The translations under genes and the position numbers were made by a program. From NCBI GenBank assembly GCA_034780895.1, contig JAUZTB010000079.1, positions 13,467,732-13,531,731 of the forward strand: DNA of 64,000 nt. Direction: 5' to 3'. Of the stretch, positions 1 through 14,610 are shown piece after piece. How positions within the stretch are numbered: position 1 is the stretch's first letter; each line of letters starts with the position of its first letter. Under the pieces are notes generated by a model. That model was given only the letters and a program-made list of their open reading frames with translations, did no database searches and was not told where the DNA came from. Source of the stretch: Rhynchobatus australiae (taxonomy: Eukaryota).

Positions 1-3000
1 ACAGCTCACTAATCACCTGAATTTGCAGAAATATGATGAGCATTAGTAAGTGTGCAAATTGTGAATAGCATGACAGTGAATGAGGAATCACACAAACTGG
101 AAGCAATAGGCCACTTGGTAACTTAAACCTGCCATTTCACAAGACCACGGCTGATCTGACTATGACTACAACTCTGCAGTTCTGTCGAGCTACAGTAACC
201 TTTCACCTGCTTTCTTAATATCTACCAGTCTTAAAAATATTCAAACCTGCTTCCAACACCCCTTCAGAGTTACAGACTGAACCCAAATTTTTAAAATTAT
301 GGAAAATAAATCCATCATATAACATCTTTCACAAACTCTGGATATCCCAAGGAGATTTACCACCAATGCTGTACTTATTGAAGTGCAATCAAATGTGTAT
401 TCAGAGAAATACAACAGATGATTGGCACACAGCATGTTCCCACAATGCAATAGCTATCACGTTGTTAATTCATACAAGGAATGAACATTGGCCAGGACAT
501 GAGAAAATTAATTTGCCCAATTTCAAAGCTGTGCCAAGGGATATTTTCTGCATTAAAAGCCCATTATGTATTTTCTGGAAAAATAAAACCAGTGAACTGC
601 CTATTTGTTGACCATAAAACCTGCATAGCTGTCTTCCTTTATAAAACTTTGAATCAGGGTTTTTCACTGTCACATAGAAATAGCTCTAACAAATCACAAA
701 TGATGCTATCTATGACAATGTGGCAACATGCTCATCCAGTTTAGAATCAGTCACACAACCCTACAACACCTCTCTATTTTCTGTAGCAGTGTCCACTAAT
801 TTTTCAATCAAACTGTAACAGAGCCATCTCCAACAATCTCTTTCCTTTTGTCAGGATATCAGGATCCATCCTTGTACCGACTTCCAGCAACCCCGACCCC
901 CAACCTTGGCACTCTCGCAAACCTCTCTTCAAATACATGCTGTACTTTTGCATCATTTGCAGGCAGAGACCTTGACAACACCCTGCACTCTCTCATTGTC
1001 TATCTGCTCACCTGATACCTTGGAGAATGTATCAGTCAATTTCCTCATGCAAAGGCAGCCAAAGATTTGGCTGCCCCGGCCTAGCTAACTTAAAATGGGG
1101 GCTCCCTTCAAGTAACATTGAATCAGCATCTTCTGACTGTTGCCTGATACATGTCATTTGTCACCCTCTGACTTCACTATTAAAGTTCCCTCATGGCTTG
1201 CCACCTACCCTCAAACTCTTCAAAACAAAGAAATACTGAAATCTTATTGTATGAAAACTTATGCTCAATATTTTCCCCTCTACGTGATTCCTGGACCAAT
1301 AAGTGTTTCCATACTTCCTGCTTTTATTATTGACTGCCACATCTGCAATAATTTCTTTTTCAAAGTCTGCTGTTGATAACCAATTCTACATTGCCCTACT
1401 CACCAATTATCACCATCATTCATTTGTACTCATCATACTACCATTTTGCCCAAGTTTAAAATAACCATACATTTAAAATACCTACTAGTTTATAATGACT
1501 GACCATTTGTGCTTCATGCCCCAATTCTCTTGCAACACACCCCTTAACCCTTCCTTGGTGGCTTTAGACCACAAATCCATGCAGAACAATGGTACCAGAA
1601 TTAGCACAGTTGTCTCACAGTTCAACTCTGATCTCCAGCCCTGGACATCTGGAATTTGCACATGCTTCCTTTGATCATTAATGCAGATTTACCATTGATG
1701 CTGCAGTTTCTTCTCATACTCCTACTGCAAAATTACCCCTCATGCACATAGCTGGTGGAAGAATCAGAGTTTTTTTTGAGGGGGAAAAGAGGGGGAAAGG
1801 AAGGAGGAGAAGTGGTTCAGAGAAATTGCTCTGAGAACAGCACAGACTTGATGGGCTAAATGAAAAATGAAAATTGAAATTCCAAAGTAAATACTCCTAT
1901 GCCTTGCTACCTCACCCATCTTCAAGCCCTCTACCAAAACCTATGTGACTAAATGTTTAGTTATGCTTCTTAATAACCCTGTTTTGACTGAAACTCTGTT
2001 GAACATTGTTTTAACTTAAAAGGCATGGTATAGTTCTAAGTGGCACTTGTCAAAGAATGCTTATAAAACCTGAATTAATGTAAGTTTATCCCCCTAAAGT
2101 GTTAATTATATGACAAAAATCTTTATCAAGAGTATAATTATAGATCTTCTACACGAACACTGCTGAATTTTGTTCTCCAAACTTCAATGTGAGCTGTTAT
2201 ACAACTAACCAGGTACTAACCTCATTTCGAATGTTAGCAGCATCCTATTGCACCCACATGGTCACTTGTCCAAAGTGAATAACCATACTCTTTCACACAA
2301 TTTCCCTATCCCTTTATTTTACAGATACACAGAATGCTTGTGTTGCAAAATGGTGTCAATGATTTTGCTTTACAAACATGAACTCATCTCAATTTTATAA
2401 TGAAGGTGTTTTAAACAGTTTATTAATCAGAACTAAGCAATGGCCATCATTATCAGTAGCTGTGGTATCAGGCATGTGTGATAAGAGTACATTGTCATGA
2501 CTGAATGTAATCTTATCGGGTTTTCCTCTACTGCACGAAATGAACAGAGATTAATGCAAGGTTCATGATAAAAAACATTTGTTCCTTTAACAGAAGTGAC
2601 CTCAATCACGTTAAGTGCATTTTACTAGCTAGCAGATAGCACATGCACACCAACTTTTATCAAACCAATTTGACAACGGTTTCTATAGACAGTGCTGGAA
2701 GACAAAATTGTACTAAGATTAGAACTAACCCTTCATACCTGGAACACTCCCAAATCCATGTTATGGAAAAGGTATGCTCTGTGCTGACTGTAGGGGGCTT
2801 CCACGAATTGTTTGAACAATTAAAAGTTCCACTCAATAGCTATTTTCACAGTCAACACTCAAAGCTGCCTTTTAATTTTGACCCAAACTGACATTCCACT
2901 GAGTGCTCACAGGGTGACTGGACCAAGGAACAGAAAACTACAATACTGTTCAAATAAGGATGCTATATTCTGATATTAAGGTGGAGGCACACTTCTGGGA

Positions 3001-4119
3001 CAAAAAAAAGGAGATTCTTAAAAAAAACTGTATACACAATGTCTAAATTAGTTAAAATATGGAATATCAAATTCCAACTAATTACAATTGGGCATATTGC
3101 AGATGTTTTGGACTCCTCTAGTGAAACAACCCATCACACAAAAAAAATTAATTTCCCTTTTAATGACCAATCATGTTTCATTTGACTGAAAAGATGGGAA
3201 GATGGGAAGATATCCAGGTCCATTAATAGAAATAAGTTGTGTCAACTATTCAAATTCAAGCACCTTTACACCAGATATCACTACTTCCAATTTTATAAAT
3301 TAATAATTTACCAACTCAGCATTTTTGATTCTATTCAATTTCACTCCAGATTGAAGGAAAGATGACTGTTACACAAAATAAAAATAAGCAATCCTTTAAA
3401 AAGAATGAGATAAATTCTCATCAGGAATCTCATAACCACTGATTATTAATCAGTTTTACCCAATCCCTTTGATCAGGTGGGGATTGGGCATGCTCTCCAG
3501 CACGAGTTGGAGGAGCCAGATGCTGGCGCAAAGAGATTCCTTGAGGTTCCCAACAGACAAGCATCAAAAAGGGTAAAGGAAATAGAAAAGCAAGGACAGA
3601 AGTACAAGCAGGAACAGGAGTACGGGCAAATTCAGTTTCTAGTTAAGAACAGATTTAAACATCCTATTGTTTTTTTTAAAATTGCAGAATTTTTTTTGCA
3701 CTGCCATGCTATTATTTTTGAATTGATTTGATTACCATAAGACATGATAAACCGTGGTGCCTAAATCAGCTGCTGAATATATTATGTTACAAAAGTCACT
3801 ACACTTTAAAAGTACTTGTCTGGCTGCAAATTCATTTAAGATGCCACAAGAGCTATACAAATGCAAGTTGGTCCTTCCAGTTCCAAATACGACTTAACTG
3901 ACCTCCAAAGCCGAACAACGGGGACCATCAGTCTATAAACGTCTAACATCCTTTATGAATCAGGTTTGAAATTACCTCTATAATTGCAACAAGGAAAATA
4001 AATTCTTCACTGCATTTTGTGCTTTTAAAAACCTACAGATTTATTTTTCAGCATCAAAATATACAACATGGAACATCCATCATTATATTGGCCAAAATAA
4101 ACCACAGATTCATATAACA

Positions 4120-5060
4120 TGCACTATTTAGATAGGCACATTAATCAAAGAGTCAGCAAGGAACTGTTAATGGAAATTACCAAGACTAATTTGCTTGAAT
4201 ATTTTTTGAGGATCAAGGAGGGTCAATGAGTCCAGTCTGTTTGGTGCTGTCTACATGGACGTCAGCAAGACAAGGTCACACTGCAGGTTGGTCAAAACAA
4301 AACCCACAGGATTCCAAGGAGAGTGGCAAACTGGATACAAAAATAGCTCAACGAAAGGAAGCAAAAGGTTAGTAGTTGACTGCTTGCAGATGATACAAAA
4401 ATTGTATGGTTGGCAGTGAAGTATAAAGCATTATTCTCCTGGAAAATATGGATGAAACAAAATGCCGGAAACACTCCAGAGGTCAGGTTGATGCTGCTGA
4501 CCTGCTGAACACTTCCAGCATTTTATTTTAGATGCCCAGTATCGGTACGATTTTATTTTTATTTACTAGAAAACGTAAATGGTCTGGTCACTTGAGGAAA
4601 GATTGAAAATACAATTTAATCCAAAAGTCTGACATCATACATTTGAAGAGATCCAAAAGGACTATTTATTAAGAGAATGCAAGTTGTGTCGAGACCTTGG
4701 AGTGTACATATACAGATCCTTAAAAAGGTAGCAGACAGGTCATTAAGGCAGTTAAAGTGCATTTGGGATGCCTAGTAATTAGTTGTGGCAAAGAATGCAA
4801 TAGAGATCATGCTAGAACTGTATATAACATTAATTAACACAGTTTGACCAAGTACAGTTATGATCACATTACAAGAAAGATGTGACTGCACTCAAGAGGA
4901 AGATTTAGAAGACTATTAGCTAAGAGAAGAGATTGTATAAGCTGCAGATGTTGCTTTGAAACAAAGGTGGCTACGCGGGGTGTAAAATTATGAGGGGACA
5001 GAAAGAATCAGTAGGAAGGACCTATCCTACTCAGCAGACAGACAAAAATCCACAGCCCAT
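4120..5060 (+). mobile_element. Decayed CR1-type LINE ORF2 fragments
   Basis: Remnants of LIKESQ..LTNLLEFFE and ADDTKI; interrupted by a palindromic element at ~4455-4540. Confidence 0.65.
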
Positions 5061-5069
5061 TGACTCAGA

Positions 5070-6130
5070 ACAGAACAGTACTGTGCAGGAACAGGCCCTT
5101 CTTAAACAGAAGAATAACATTGGCTCTTCTCCAGTCCTCAGGGACCTCACCTGTGGCCAAAGAAGAAACAAAGACCCAAGTAACCTCCTCCCTTGCCTCT
5201 CTCAATATCCTAGGATAGATCCCCATCAAGCTCTGGGGACATTCACCTGAATGTTCTTTGAGTCCCAATACTACCACCTCCTCCTCGATATCAATACGTC
5301 CTAGAATACCAACATTCCCATCTCTGATATTTCTATCCACCATGTCCTTTCCATGATGAATGAAGATGTGAAGTACTCATTTAGTACCTCACCCACTTCC
5401 AGGCATAAGCTCCCTCCTTTGTCCTCGAGTGGTCCTTCCCCCTCCCTAATTATCAACTTGTATTTGATGTATAAAATGGGATCCTCTTTAAACCTATTTG
5501 CCAAGGATATTTCGAGGCTCCTTTTCACCCTCCTGATTCCTTTTCAAGTTCTTTCCAGTTTCCTTTTCAAGATTCCAGGGCTCTGCGTGATTTCAGCTTC
5601 CTAAACCTCACAAACACTTAATTTTCTTTCGACTAAATTGGCAACATCTCTCGGCAGCCAAGATTCCCTAATATTGCCATCCTGTCTTTCTTCCTCACAG
5701 ACCTTTAAACAACACCCACATATCAGATGTGGACTTACCCAACAACAGCTGCTCCCAATCTTATTCTCCCCATCTCCTGCCTAATACTGCTGTAATTAAC
5801 CTTTCCACAAGGTTCAGACTTCTCCATAACTATCTGAAAACTTTTATGACCACTGTTCACAAATTTTCTCCCATTGAAACTCTGATCACCTGGCCAGACT
5901 CATTTCACAGTACATGGTTTATTATGGCCTCTTGTCTGGATTATCTACATACTGTGTCAAGAAACCCTCCTGAATGCACCCAATTCTTCCACATCTAAGC
6001 TTCTGGTACTTTGGGAGTCCCTCAATATTGAGGAAATTAAAATCACCCACTGCAACTACCCTGCTGCTTTTACATCCTTCCATAACCTGCCTACATATCT
6101 GTTCCTCTATACACAGATAGCCAGAGGGTG
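5070..6130 (-). mobile_element. Decayed CR1 LINE ORF2 fragments
   Basis: ORF track: IYPRILREAREEV..LATGEVPEDWRRANVILLFKKG; VVAVGDFNF; CIQEGFLTQYVD. Confidence 0.85.
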
Positions 6131-9100
6131 ATAAAGTAACTGGTGGGATTAGGAAGGGAAATGAAGAATTTCTTTCCCTCCACCCCCCCCCCCACCTCCT
6201 ACATTTAGGTGGTACAGTTTTGTAACTCGAAGGATGGAAATAGGCAGAAACCCTCTGCACATTTAAAATGTACTTCCACATGTACTTGAAGAACCATGAC
6301 CTGCGTGGATTAAGTGCAGTATGTGACTAGGCCCAGCTGCCCTTTCCAAAAAATACTGTTCATATGGCCCTATTCCATCTCATTAGATTTTCAATGAAGC
6401 GGTTCTAAATATATATCTACAGCTCAGTCCAAAAGAATTTCACAAGACACAAAATGAAGACAGGACATAAACACCTATCAATTAACCAGTTTTCCTCTAA
6501 AGCGATTCTAGCAAACCAGAAGGAAATACAAAATGAAATACAGTAAAATATTTGAACAGCATTTCCAACTCTTTGGGAACATAACCTCCAATAAATGCAC
6601 TACCAGATATCATGTGAAATGTACACCTAACTATATTAAAGAATGTTACATCCACTTGCATATGCCATCACCTTTCCCCACCATAAATTTTTGCTTTCAT
6701 ATTTGAAAGGGAATTGCCCAAGTTGGCAAATTGCAATTACACCATCTTGCCAGTAATGTCACTGAAGCATCTTCATTGGATGGGGAATTGTAGTCCACGT
6801 AAACTAACACTATTCCATCGTGTGCGCACATGGGAATTTAGAAATCAGAGCCACACATTTTAATGTGGGAGCTAAATTACATGTTCCCATGCTCTTATTA
6901 TTCAGTTTTCAAAAATGCTTCAACTGAAGATAACACAAGCGTCAAACCTTGTTAAAGATTAAAAATTTAAATATCTCATTTGACAAGCTCAGATAAGCAG
7001 AAGCCATATCTAAAGGTCAAGTTGGATTAATTCATGCAAATTTCACTTAATTCATACAAACTGAACAAAATTCTATTTTAAACAGACTTCTAATTAAATG
7101 AACTACAAATTCTTTATACACTTCATTCCCCTTACATGATGTGCACGCTTTGGTTTGACCAATTCATTTAAAAGCAGCTTTCTTAAAAAAAAGACTAATG
7201 CAACTTCTAGAATTGGAAAATAGACAGCAAATCAATCTACTTTAAACAGAAATTTTTTTGAAAACAATGCTGCAAACACTTTTTCTACCAAACTTAATTG
7301 ATTTAATTTAACCCATCTTGTTCTCTAACACACTAATGAAGTTTAAGTGGTTGCTGTGGTACCAATTACCTTTATGTACGAGTCATTGGAAAAGTAACAT
7401 TCCAATCGATAGAGCTCACACGTGTATACTTCTTTCACAAACCCAGGACAAAGTGTTTTACAGCCAAAGTAGACTTGAAGTGTAATCACTAATCAATGCA
7501 GTAAATGTGGGAATCATTTTGCATGCATCCAGTTTCCACCATCAGCATGAAAGGAAATGGGGAGATTATATGTTTTAGGAAATAGTTGAAGGGAAAATAT
7601 CGTGGCAGAACTCCAATGCTCTTTAAAGAGTACTAAGGGATCTCTTATATGTACCCAAGAGCACAGATGGGGCCTTAGCTTTATCATCTCATCTGAAAGC
7701 TGAAGATTTTCCTCAGCAAAGTGCCAGGTTGGAATCAAGTTAAACCAATAATCTCTATTAGAGGCAAGGGTACTCAATTCATAATCATGGTTGGATTATG
7801 CTTTTATGCTCATACTGATCCATATTATTACATATAGAAGGATTACAATTTTGCTCAGTGAGTTACAGAACAGTCAAAAGAGATGTTATAAATCAAGTTC
7901 AGTGGTGAAACTAATTGGGAGAGTGCTTTAGGAAGTAAATGCAACAAACAGGAAATGCTTTTATTACTAAATATTAAAGCATACGCTATCTAATTTTATG
8001 AAGGATGTCCGACTACAAGACTTCCACATGTTAAGAGTCTGGCTGGCTGAACCTGAATCAATTTTATTTGTGGGTTTTGGAGCTGGGAAGGGTTTTAGTT
8101 TTATACCCAAGGGGAGCTCAACTGCGAGATATGGTGGCTGTGCAGTGGTTAAGTTCTTTATATTGGGAGTTGTTGATGTTACACCCATACAGACAAATGG
8201 AGAATATTCCATCATATTCTCAGCTTGTGCTTTGGAGACAGTGGAGAAACTTTGGAATGTTAGGATAAAAGTCACTTGCTGCAGGATACATCAAACCTCT
8301 GACATGTTTTTGAGCCACGTGACTCATACAGTTGAGTTTTTCCAGTCGATGTTGATGTTTAAAGGTCTGGCAATGATAATACCAATGACACTTTTGTTGC
8401 ATTGGTGCTACTTGCAACATCAGCCCATGTCGGAGGAATTTAAAATATTAATTATATATAACTTTAAGAACTTCCTAACTGCTGTAAAGACATTTGAATC
8501 ACAAACATTTTTCTGGGTTGGAAAGCTGCTGTCTCATGGTGGCCTCCATGTGACTCTAGGTCTAGCAACTCTCAACTTCCCTCTAAAACGGCCTAGCAAG
8601 CCACAGTTACCCAACTACCACATCATTGCAACACTACTCCACCACCTCTCAAGGGTAATTGGGGAAAAGATATAAATGCTGGCCTTGTTATTGACACCCA
8701 CATCCTAAAAAAAATAAGCAGAAAAAATTTAAGGCTAGCTACATCAAGAGAGGCTGGACAGATATTCTAGAAGATTGACATTAAACCAAAACCATTCAAG
8801 GCATTAAAAATACCATTTCTAAACACTATTCAATCAAGTTCTTCCAGTATCAGCACAAATGTATTGACTATTTATCTCAATACAGTTTGCAAGGACTTGC
8901 ATGGACCAGTTGGGCCGAATGGCCTGTTTCCATGCTGTATAACGCTACGATAATAACCTCTAAAAGAACTTGCTGTGTATAAATTAGTTGTGACATGTCT
9001 AGGTACGTGTTTATATTTCACAATTAATTAGCTATGCAGTGATCGCCTGACGTCTTGAAGAAATGAAAGATGCAATGCAAAGGCTTTTTGTTTACCTCTG

Positions 9101-9829
9101 AATTGCTAGAAAGTTTATTGCTGGTTTTGAATAAACACAAAGACAATGGATATTGCCAAAATTGGTCAGAATGAGAGAAGAAAAACAAGGTGAAATGGAG
9201 CTTGAATTTTAGAAATATTCTGGAAGTAAATAAAAGGAAAAAAATATATTCAAGTATTTTTGGGTCTCTGGTTATACGTTTGAGTGTATTCAATGAATTT
9301 GACAATGAAATATGGATTTGATTTTAAATTTGTGCATGCATTCTCACAATTGCATGTTCTCTGTTCACCTTTCATTAACTGACTCTTCATGTTTAAGAAT
9401 TAAAATAACCTTAAAATACTCTAAAGATTTCATCATTCACATAAATTAGAAGTTGTACTTTGGTCACCAATGCTCTTGACTTCCCAAAAGATGCTTACCA
9501 GAGGTTTATATTTCCCCTACTTTATGATATTCACCATTTAGTTGCTGCTTAGACATCCAATAAAACATTCAAACATCACCAAGATAACAAACACACTCAC
9601 CTCTTGTTAAATAATACATATTGAACCCAAATTTCAAATTCAAATAATGAATTTAACAAATTTTCACATTATGGCATTAAACCTGTGCTTTTCCATACCT
9701 GTTTTTTTTCCTTTAATGCAGAAAGTATGCACAAAACTGGAAATCTAACGTATCATTAATAATGGCTGCATCACACACTAATCAATGGTAAAGTCAGCTG
9801 CTATGCTATTTAAACACTCAAATTCACAG

Positions 9830-10430
9830 AATCCAGATCATTACAGCACAGGAGGTCAGTCTGCTCAGCCCCTGCTGGTTCTATGCAAGACAATTTATTA
9901 AGTCCCACTCTCCTGCAATTTCCCCAAAGCCCTGCAAAATCTCTTTTCAGATATTTATTCAGCCCCAATTTGCACACTTCAGTTGAAACAGGCTCCACTA
10001 CTAACACTGGCAGTGCACTCCAGATCCTAAACCCTCCCAGTACAAGGAAGAATTTTACTTATGTCACTTTGGTCCTTTTGCCAATGAACCTCATTTTTGG
10101 GCCCCAATTTCTTGACAACACCATCAATGGATGAGTCTCTCTCCATTGACTGTGTTTAGGTTGAAGATTTTATATACCTCCATCAGATCTCCCAGCAAGG
10201 TCTGCTGTTCCAAGAAGAACAAACCCAGCTTTCTCAGTCTATCTACATAACTGAAGTCCCTCATCCTTGGAATCATTTTAATCAATTTCTTCTGCATCCT
10301 CTCCAAAGCCGAGGTCATTCCTGATGTGCGTCATCCAAAACCTAAAACAATGCTCCAGTTGCAGTCAAACAGGCGTTTTAAAGGTTCATTATGACCATAA
10401 TGCTATTGTACGCTATGCCTCCATTTATAA
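9830..10430 (-). mobile_element. CR1 LINE 3' fragment
   Basis: ALERMQKKLIKMIPRMRDFSYVDRLRKLGLFFLE, followed by a CR1-like 3' tail. Confidence 0.82.
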
Positions 10431-10790
10431 AGTGCAGCACTCTATTGGAGGTGGCCAAGACAAAAGCAGCATCACAAGTTAGACAAGTAGGAAAGCACAA
10501 GTAGACAGGTTACAAAATGAAGGATAGTCACATATGTTACAAAATGGAGAACTGACGAGGTATTGTGGGGCTTGACCACATTCCATTTCTGTAGTCTCAC
10601 AGATAGAACTGACCAGTTATGTCTCCCTTATCAGCACTGACTTTGAGCTGCATACACAAGGTCACAGAATACAAGGTAATTGTTCTTGTTCAACTACAGA
10701 GAACAGGGTGTCTGGTTCTCATCAAGAAGAAATCCAAGACATGTCTATCAGCTGTCCATGGGATGGTAGAACAATACCCTTATACTTGTA

Positions 10791-11623
10791 AAATATCTGG
10801 CTGGGTAGGTATATTATGTATGGAATCAACTTAATATTATTGGTTTGCAATAATTGGGAAAAACTGGAAAAGAGTAAAATAATTGATTTTTCCCTTTTAG
10901 TGAAGTTGGTTGCCTGATATTTTCGACAACTCGCCCCACCAGGAGATATATATACACACACACAACTTTTAACATATACTCATACAATAAACCTTTGGTG
11001 CTTGAAACAGACAAGTCCCGTGTGTTTCTTCCATCTCGTTTCTGCTAATAACTCCATTTGCATTTTTAACAACTCTTAGCCTGCCTGCCATTCAGCTTCT
11101 TGTCAGAGAAAGTTAATATTGTTCATTGTTGTGCATGAAACTTCTCAATTTATCAGTCNNNNNNNNNNNNNNNNNNNNNNNNNNNNNNNNNNNNNNNNNN
11201 NNNNNNNNNNNNNNNNNNNNNNNNNNNNNNNNNNNNNNNNNNNNNNNNNNNNNNNNNNAAATATCTGGCTGGGTCGGTATATTATGTATGGAATCAACTT
11301 AATATTAGTGGTTTGCAATAATTGGGAAAAACTGGAAAAGAGTAAAATAATTGATTTTTTCCTTTTAGTGAAGTTGGTTGCCTGATATTTTCAACAACTC
11401 GCCCCACCAGGAGATATATATACACACACAACTTTTAATATATACTCATACAATAAACGTTTGGTGCTTGAAACAGACAAGTCCCGTGTGTTTCTTCCAT
11501 CTCGTTTCCGCTAATAACTCCATTTGCATTTTAACAACTCTTAGCCTGCCTGCCATTCAACTTCTTGCCAGAGAAAGTTAATATTGTTCATTGTTGTGCA
11601 TGAAACTTCTCAATTTATCAGTC
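10791..11623 (+). repeat. ~367-bp direct duplication flanking gap (10791-11158 vs 11259-11623)
   Basis: Aligned by eye: about 9 substitutions and 2 small indels. Confidence 0.9.
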
Positions 11624-12348
11624 CAAATTGCTCCCACTATCAAAAAAAGCCCTATGTACATCAACATCTCCATCATTACTCCCAATATAAACCAAGTTTG
11701 GCAAGACAAATCTTTAATCAATCATTTTAGATAAATTGTTTTCCACATCTCAAAACTACTGCAAGCTGATCACTATGTTTTTCCTGTGTTAGCTTGTTCC
11801 AGTTGATAGCATCCCTTCCTCCAGGCGAGAAAGCATTAGCAGTTCAGAGTTTAGCTCTCCTTACAGGATGTAATTACAAGATCTATGCAAATATAGCAAT
11901 ACAGTACTGTGAAGGTGCTACATTGTTAAGAGGTGCCTGCTCGGTAATGATTTGTGATGCAAGCTAAGAGGAAACAAGATCTTCTTGTGCTTGCCAACAT
12001 TCTTCCAGTTGCTGACAAATGAATTGGTCATTCAGCTCATTCCTGTTGACAAGATCTTGCTGCATGCAAGATAGCTCAAGCCTTTATTTTTGCTACAATT
12101 TGGGAAGAGAATCACAGGGGAAACTGCTTCGTAAATGCTCATCAATTTTGTTAAGCTTAATTAAAATAATTACAAGGTGGAACTGCTGTTCAAAAATTGT
12201 TCACTGAGAAAACTTCCTATCGGGATTATTGAACAATGACATTTCAATCTAACCATTGCATTTTACTGTTGAAAACCAATTGTACAATAAATCGTCCGAT
12301 CTTTTAGAAACTCTACTCCTGATTCACCTGTTCTGACAACAGTGAATG

Positions 12349-12399
12349 CACTCTGTGCCAGGTACAAGTTAATACCACTCTGTGCCAGGTACAAGTTAA
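12349..12399 (+). repeat. 24-bp tandem duplication cactctgtgccaggtacaagttaa x2
   Basis: Copies at 12349-12372 and 12376-12399. Confidence 0.92.
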
Positions 12400-13294
12400 G
12401 TACTGGTCAGGTTTCCCTGATAATTACACCAAAATAAAAACAATATTCAGACATAGGAAATACTAACTTCCAAATCACTTTCTTAGGATTTCTTAGGAAA
12501 TCATTGAAATGCTAGCTAATACAGGACCACAGAAGTTCTAGATCCTCAGGATCTTTTGTTTTATACTTCAGTACTAGTAATTTAACACTGCATATCCAAT
12601 ATTTAACATTAAAGATACCACTGCCTTGCAACATGAGCACTTCATGTCATAAAAACTGTCAAGTTTTATTTTGGCAACTTCAAAAGTCCCAAAATTTGCA
12701 ACCAAACATAACAGCTGTGTTTAGTTATAAAACATGTGATACCACATTGAAAACTTCAATACCTGCTCAATGAATAGCAAATGCAAGTTGTAACACACCT
12801 CAATAGTCCCAGGTTGAACCTCTGTTGTGCAACTAGCTGCTCTGAAACAGAACATGTGCTTTAGAAACAATTCACATCACGTTTTTCAGGTGACATGGGA
12901 GAAAGAGAAAGTAGTGAAGCTTTCTATTTATTTCACTAATGCATGGATTTTGGGCAAGCTACTCGATATTTTAGCCTGAATTTGTTCAAACCGACAAATG
13001 CCAATTAATTGTGACACCCCAATTACAAATGCCTACATGTATTAGTAGCCACAAAGTGCACTCACAGAGCAGTACTCCCTGCATGTAACCCCATCAAGAG
13101 CTGAAGAGTGAAAGAAAAATCTGAGGGACGGGGCAAACGTACAAATAAATGATACAACTATTCAAGTGATAATTCCCCAGCTGACAACTTAGTTAAAACG
13201 CTACTGTGCAAAACATCATTCACTAATCAAAAAGTCTGTTAAAAAGGGATTACTCACTGAAAATAATTAAATTGTAATTCAAGGTACTTGAAAA

Positions 13295-13495
13295 TAACAA
13301 AAATGCAGATGCTGGAAATCTGAAATAAACAGAAAATGTTAGGAACACTCTGCAGGTTAGGCAGCATCTGTGGAAAGAAAAACATTAACAATTCAGGATG
13401 AAGGGTCTTTGATCTTAAACACAGCTCTTTTCTGTTTCTCTTTCAACTGATATTGTCTGGCTTGCTGAATATTTCCAATATTTTCTGCTTTTATT
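13295..13495. mobile_element. Older copy of the palindromic Penelope-derived family
   Basis: aaatgcagatgctggaaatctgaaataaacagaaaatg...caggttaggcagcatctgtgg...gatgaagggtc...ttgctgaatatttccaatattttctg. Related remnants at ~4455-4540, 18535-18605, 20580-20655, 54395-54520, 56085-56190 and 57270-57360. Confidence 0.65.
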
Positions 13496-13539
13496 GCATG
13501 GTACTGACAGCACAGAAACAAAAGATCTTTTCCATGCTG

Positions 13540-14610
13540 ATCCAAATGCTGAAGGCACAGGGGATCCATGGAGACCTGGTACATTAGATACAAAATTGGC
13601 TTCGACATAATAGTGTAGTGACGTAGGGAATGTTATTCCAACTGGAGGTCTGTGACTAGCGGTGTTCCGCAAGGATCAGTGCCCACCCCTCTTGTTTGTG
13701 ATGCATCATATACACACACGTAAATAGCACATTGGATAGAAATGTAAGTGGATTAATCAGTTAGTTTGTAGACAACACAAAAACTGGCAGAGTTGTGATA
13801 GTGAGGAAGGTTGTCAACGGACTTGGCAGGATACAAACCAGTTGGAAATGTGGGCAGAGAAATGACAGTTCCAGAGAAGTGAGATGTTGCACTTTGCAAG
13901 GTCAAATGTATGATAGAAGTATACAGTAATGGCAGGACCCTTATGAACATGGATGTAGAGAGGGATCTTGAGGTTTAAGTCCATAGCTCCTCAAAAGTGA
14001 CTACACGAGTAATTAGGGTGGTAAAGGCAGTGTATGGCATACTTGCCTTCATTGGTTGAGGCATTGTGTATAAAAGTTTGGTGAGCTCACATTTGGAGCA
14101 TTATGTGCTAATCTGGTTGCCACACTATAGAAAGGATATGGTTAAGCTAGAGTGTGCAGAAAAGATTTGCAAAGATTTTGCCTGGATTGGAAGGCTTGAC
14201 AGGCTGGGTCTGTTTTACCTGGAACAAAGGGGACGAAGAAGTGACATGATAGAGGTACATGAAACAATAAGGGACATAGACAGGGTAGATAACCAACATC
14301 TGTTTCCCATGGTAGGGGTGTCCAAAACCAGAGGACAGAGGGTTAAGGTGAAAGGGAGGAAGTTCGAAGGGAATTGAAGGGGTACATTTTTCACATAACA
14401 GGTAACTGGTATTTGGAATGAGTTGCCAGAGGTGGAGAAGGCGGCAGGAATAGTAACATTTAAGAGGCATTTAGACAGGTTCTTGAATGAGCAGTGCATG
14501 GAGGGGTATGGAATTAATTCAGGCAAGTGGGATTAATATACCTAGGCATGAATGTCAGCATGGACATGCTGGGCTGAAAGCCTGTTTCTTTGCAGTACAA
14601 CTCTAATGAC
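13540..14610 (+). mobile_element. CR1 LINE 3' fragment
   Basis: VTSGVPQGSV; YKSLVSSHLEHYVLIWLPHYRKD; 3' tail ggacatgctgggctgaaagcctgttt. Confidence 0.88.

Noticed and set aside
7998-8675. 225-aa + strand ORF
   Set aside because: No recognisable domain, antisense within the EDC3 intron, AT-rich, and its 3' end overlaps a repeat tail; most likely chance.
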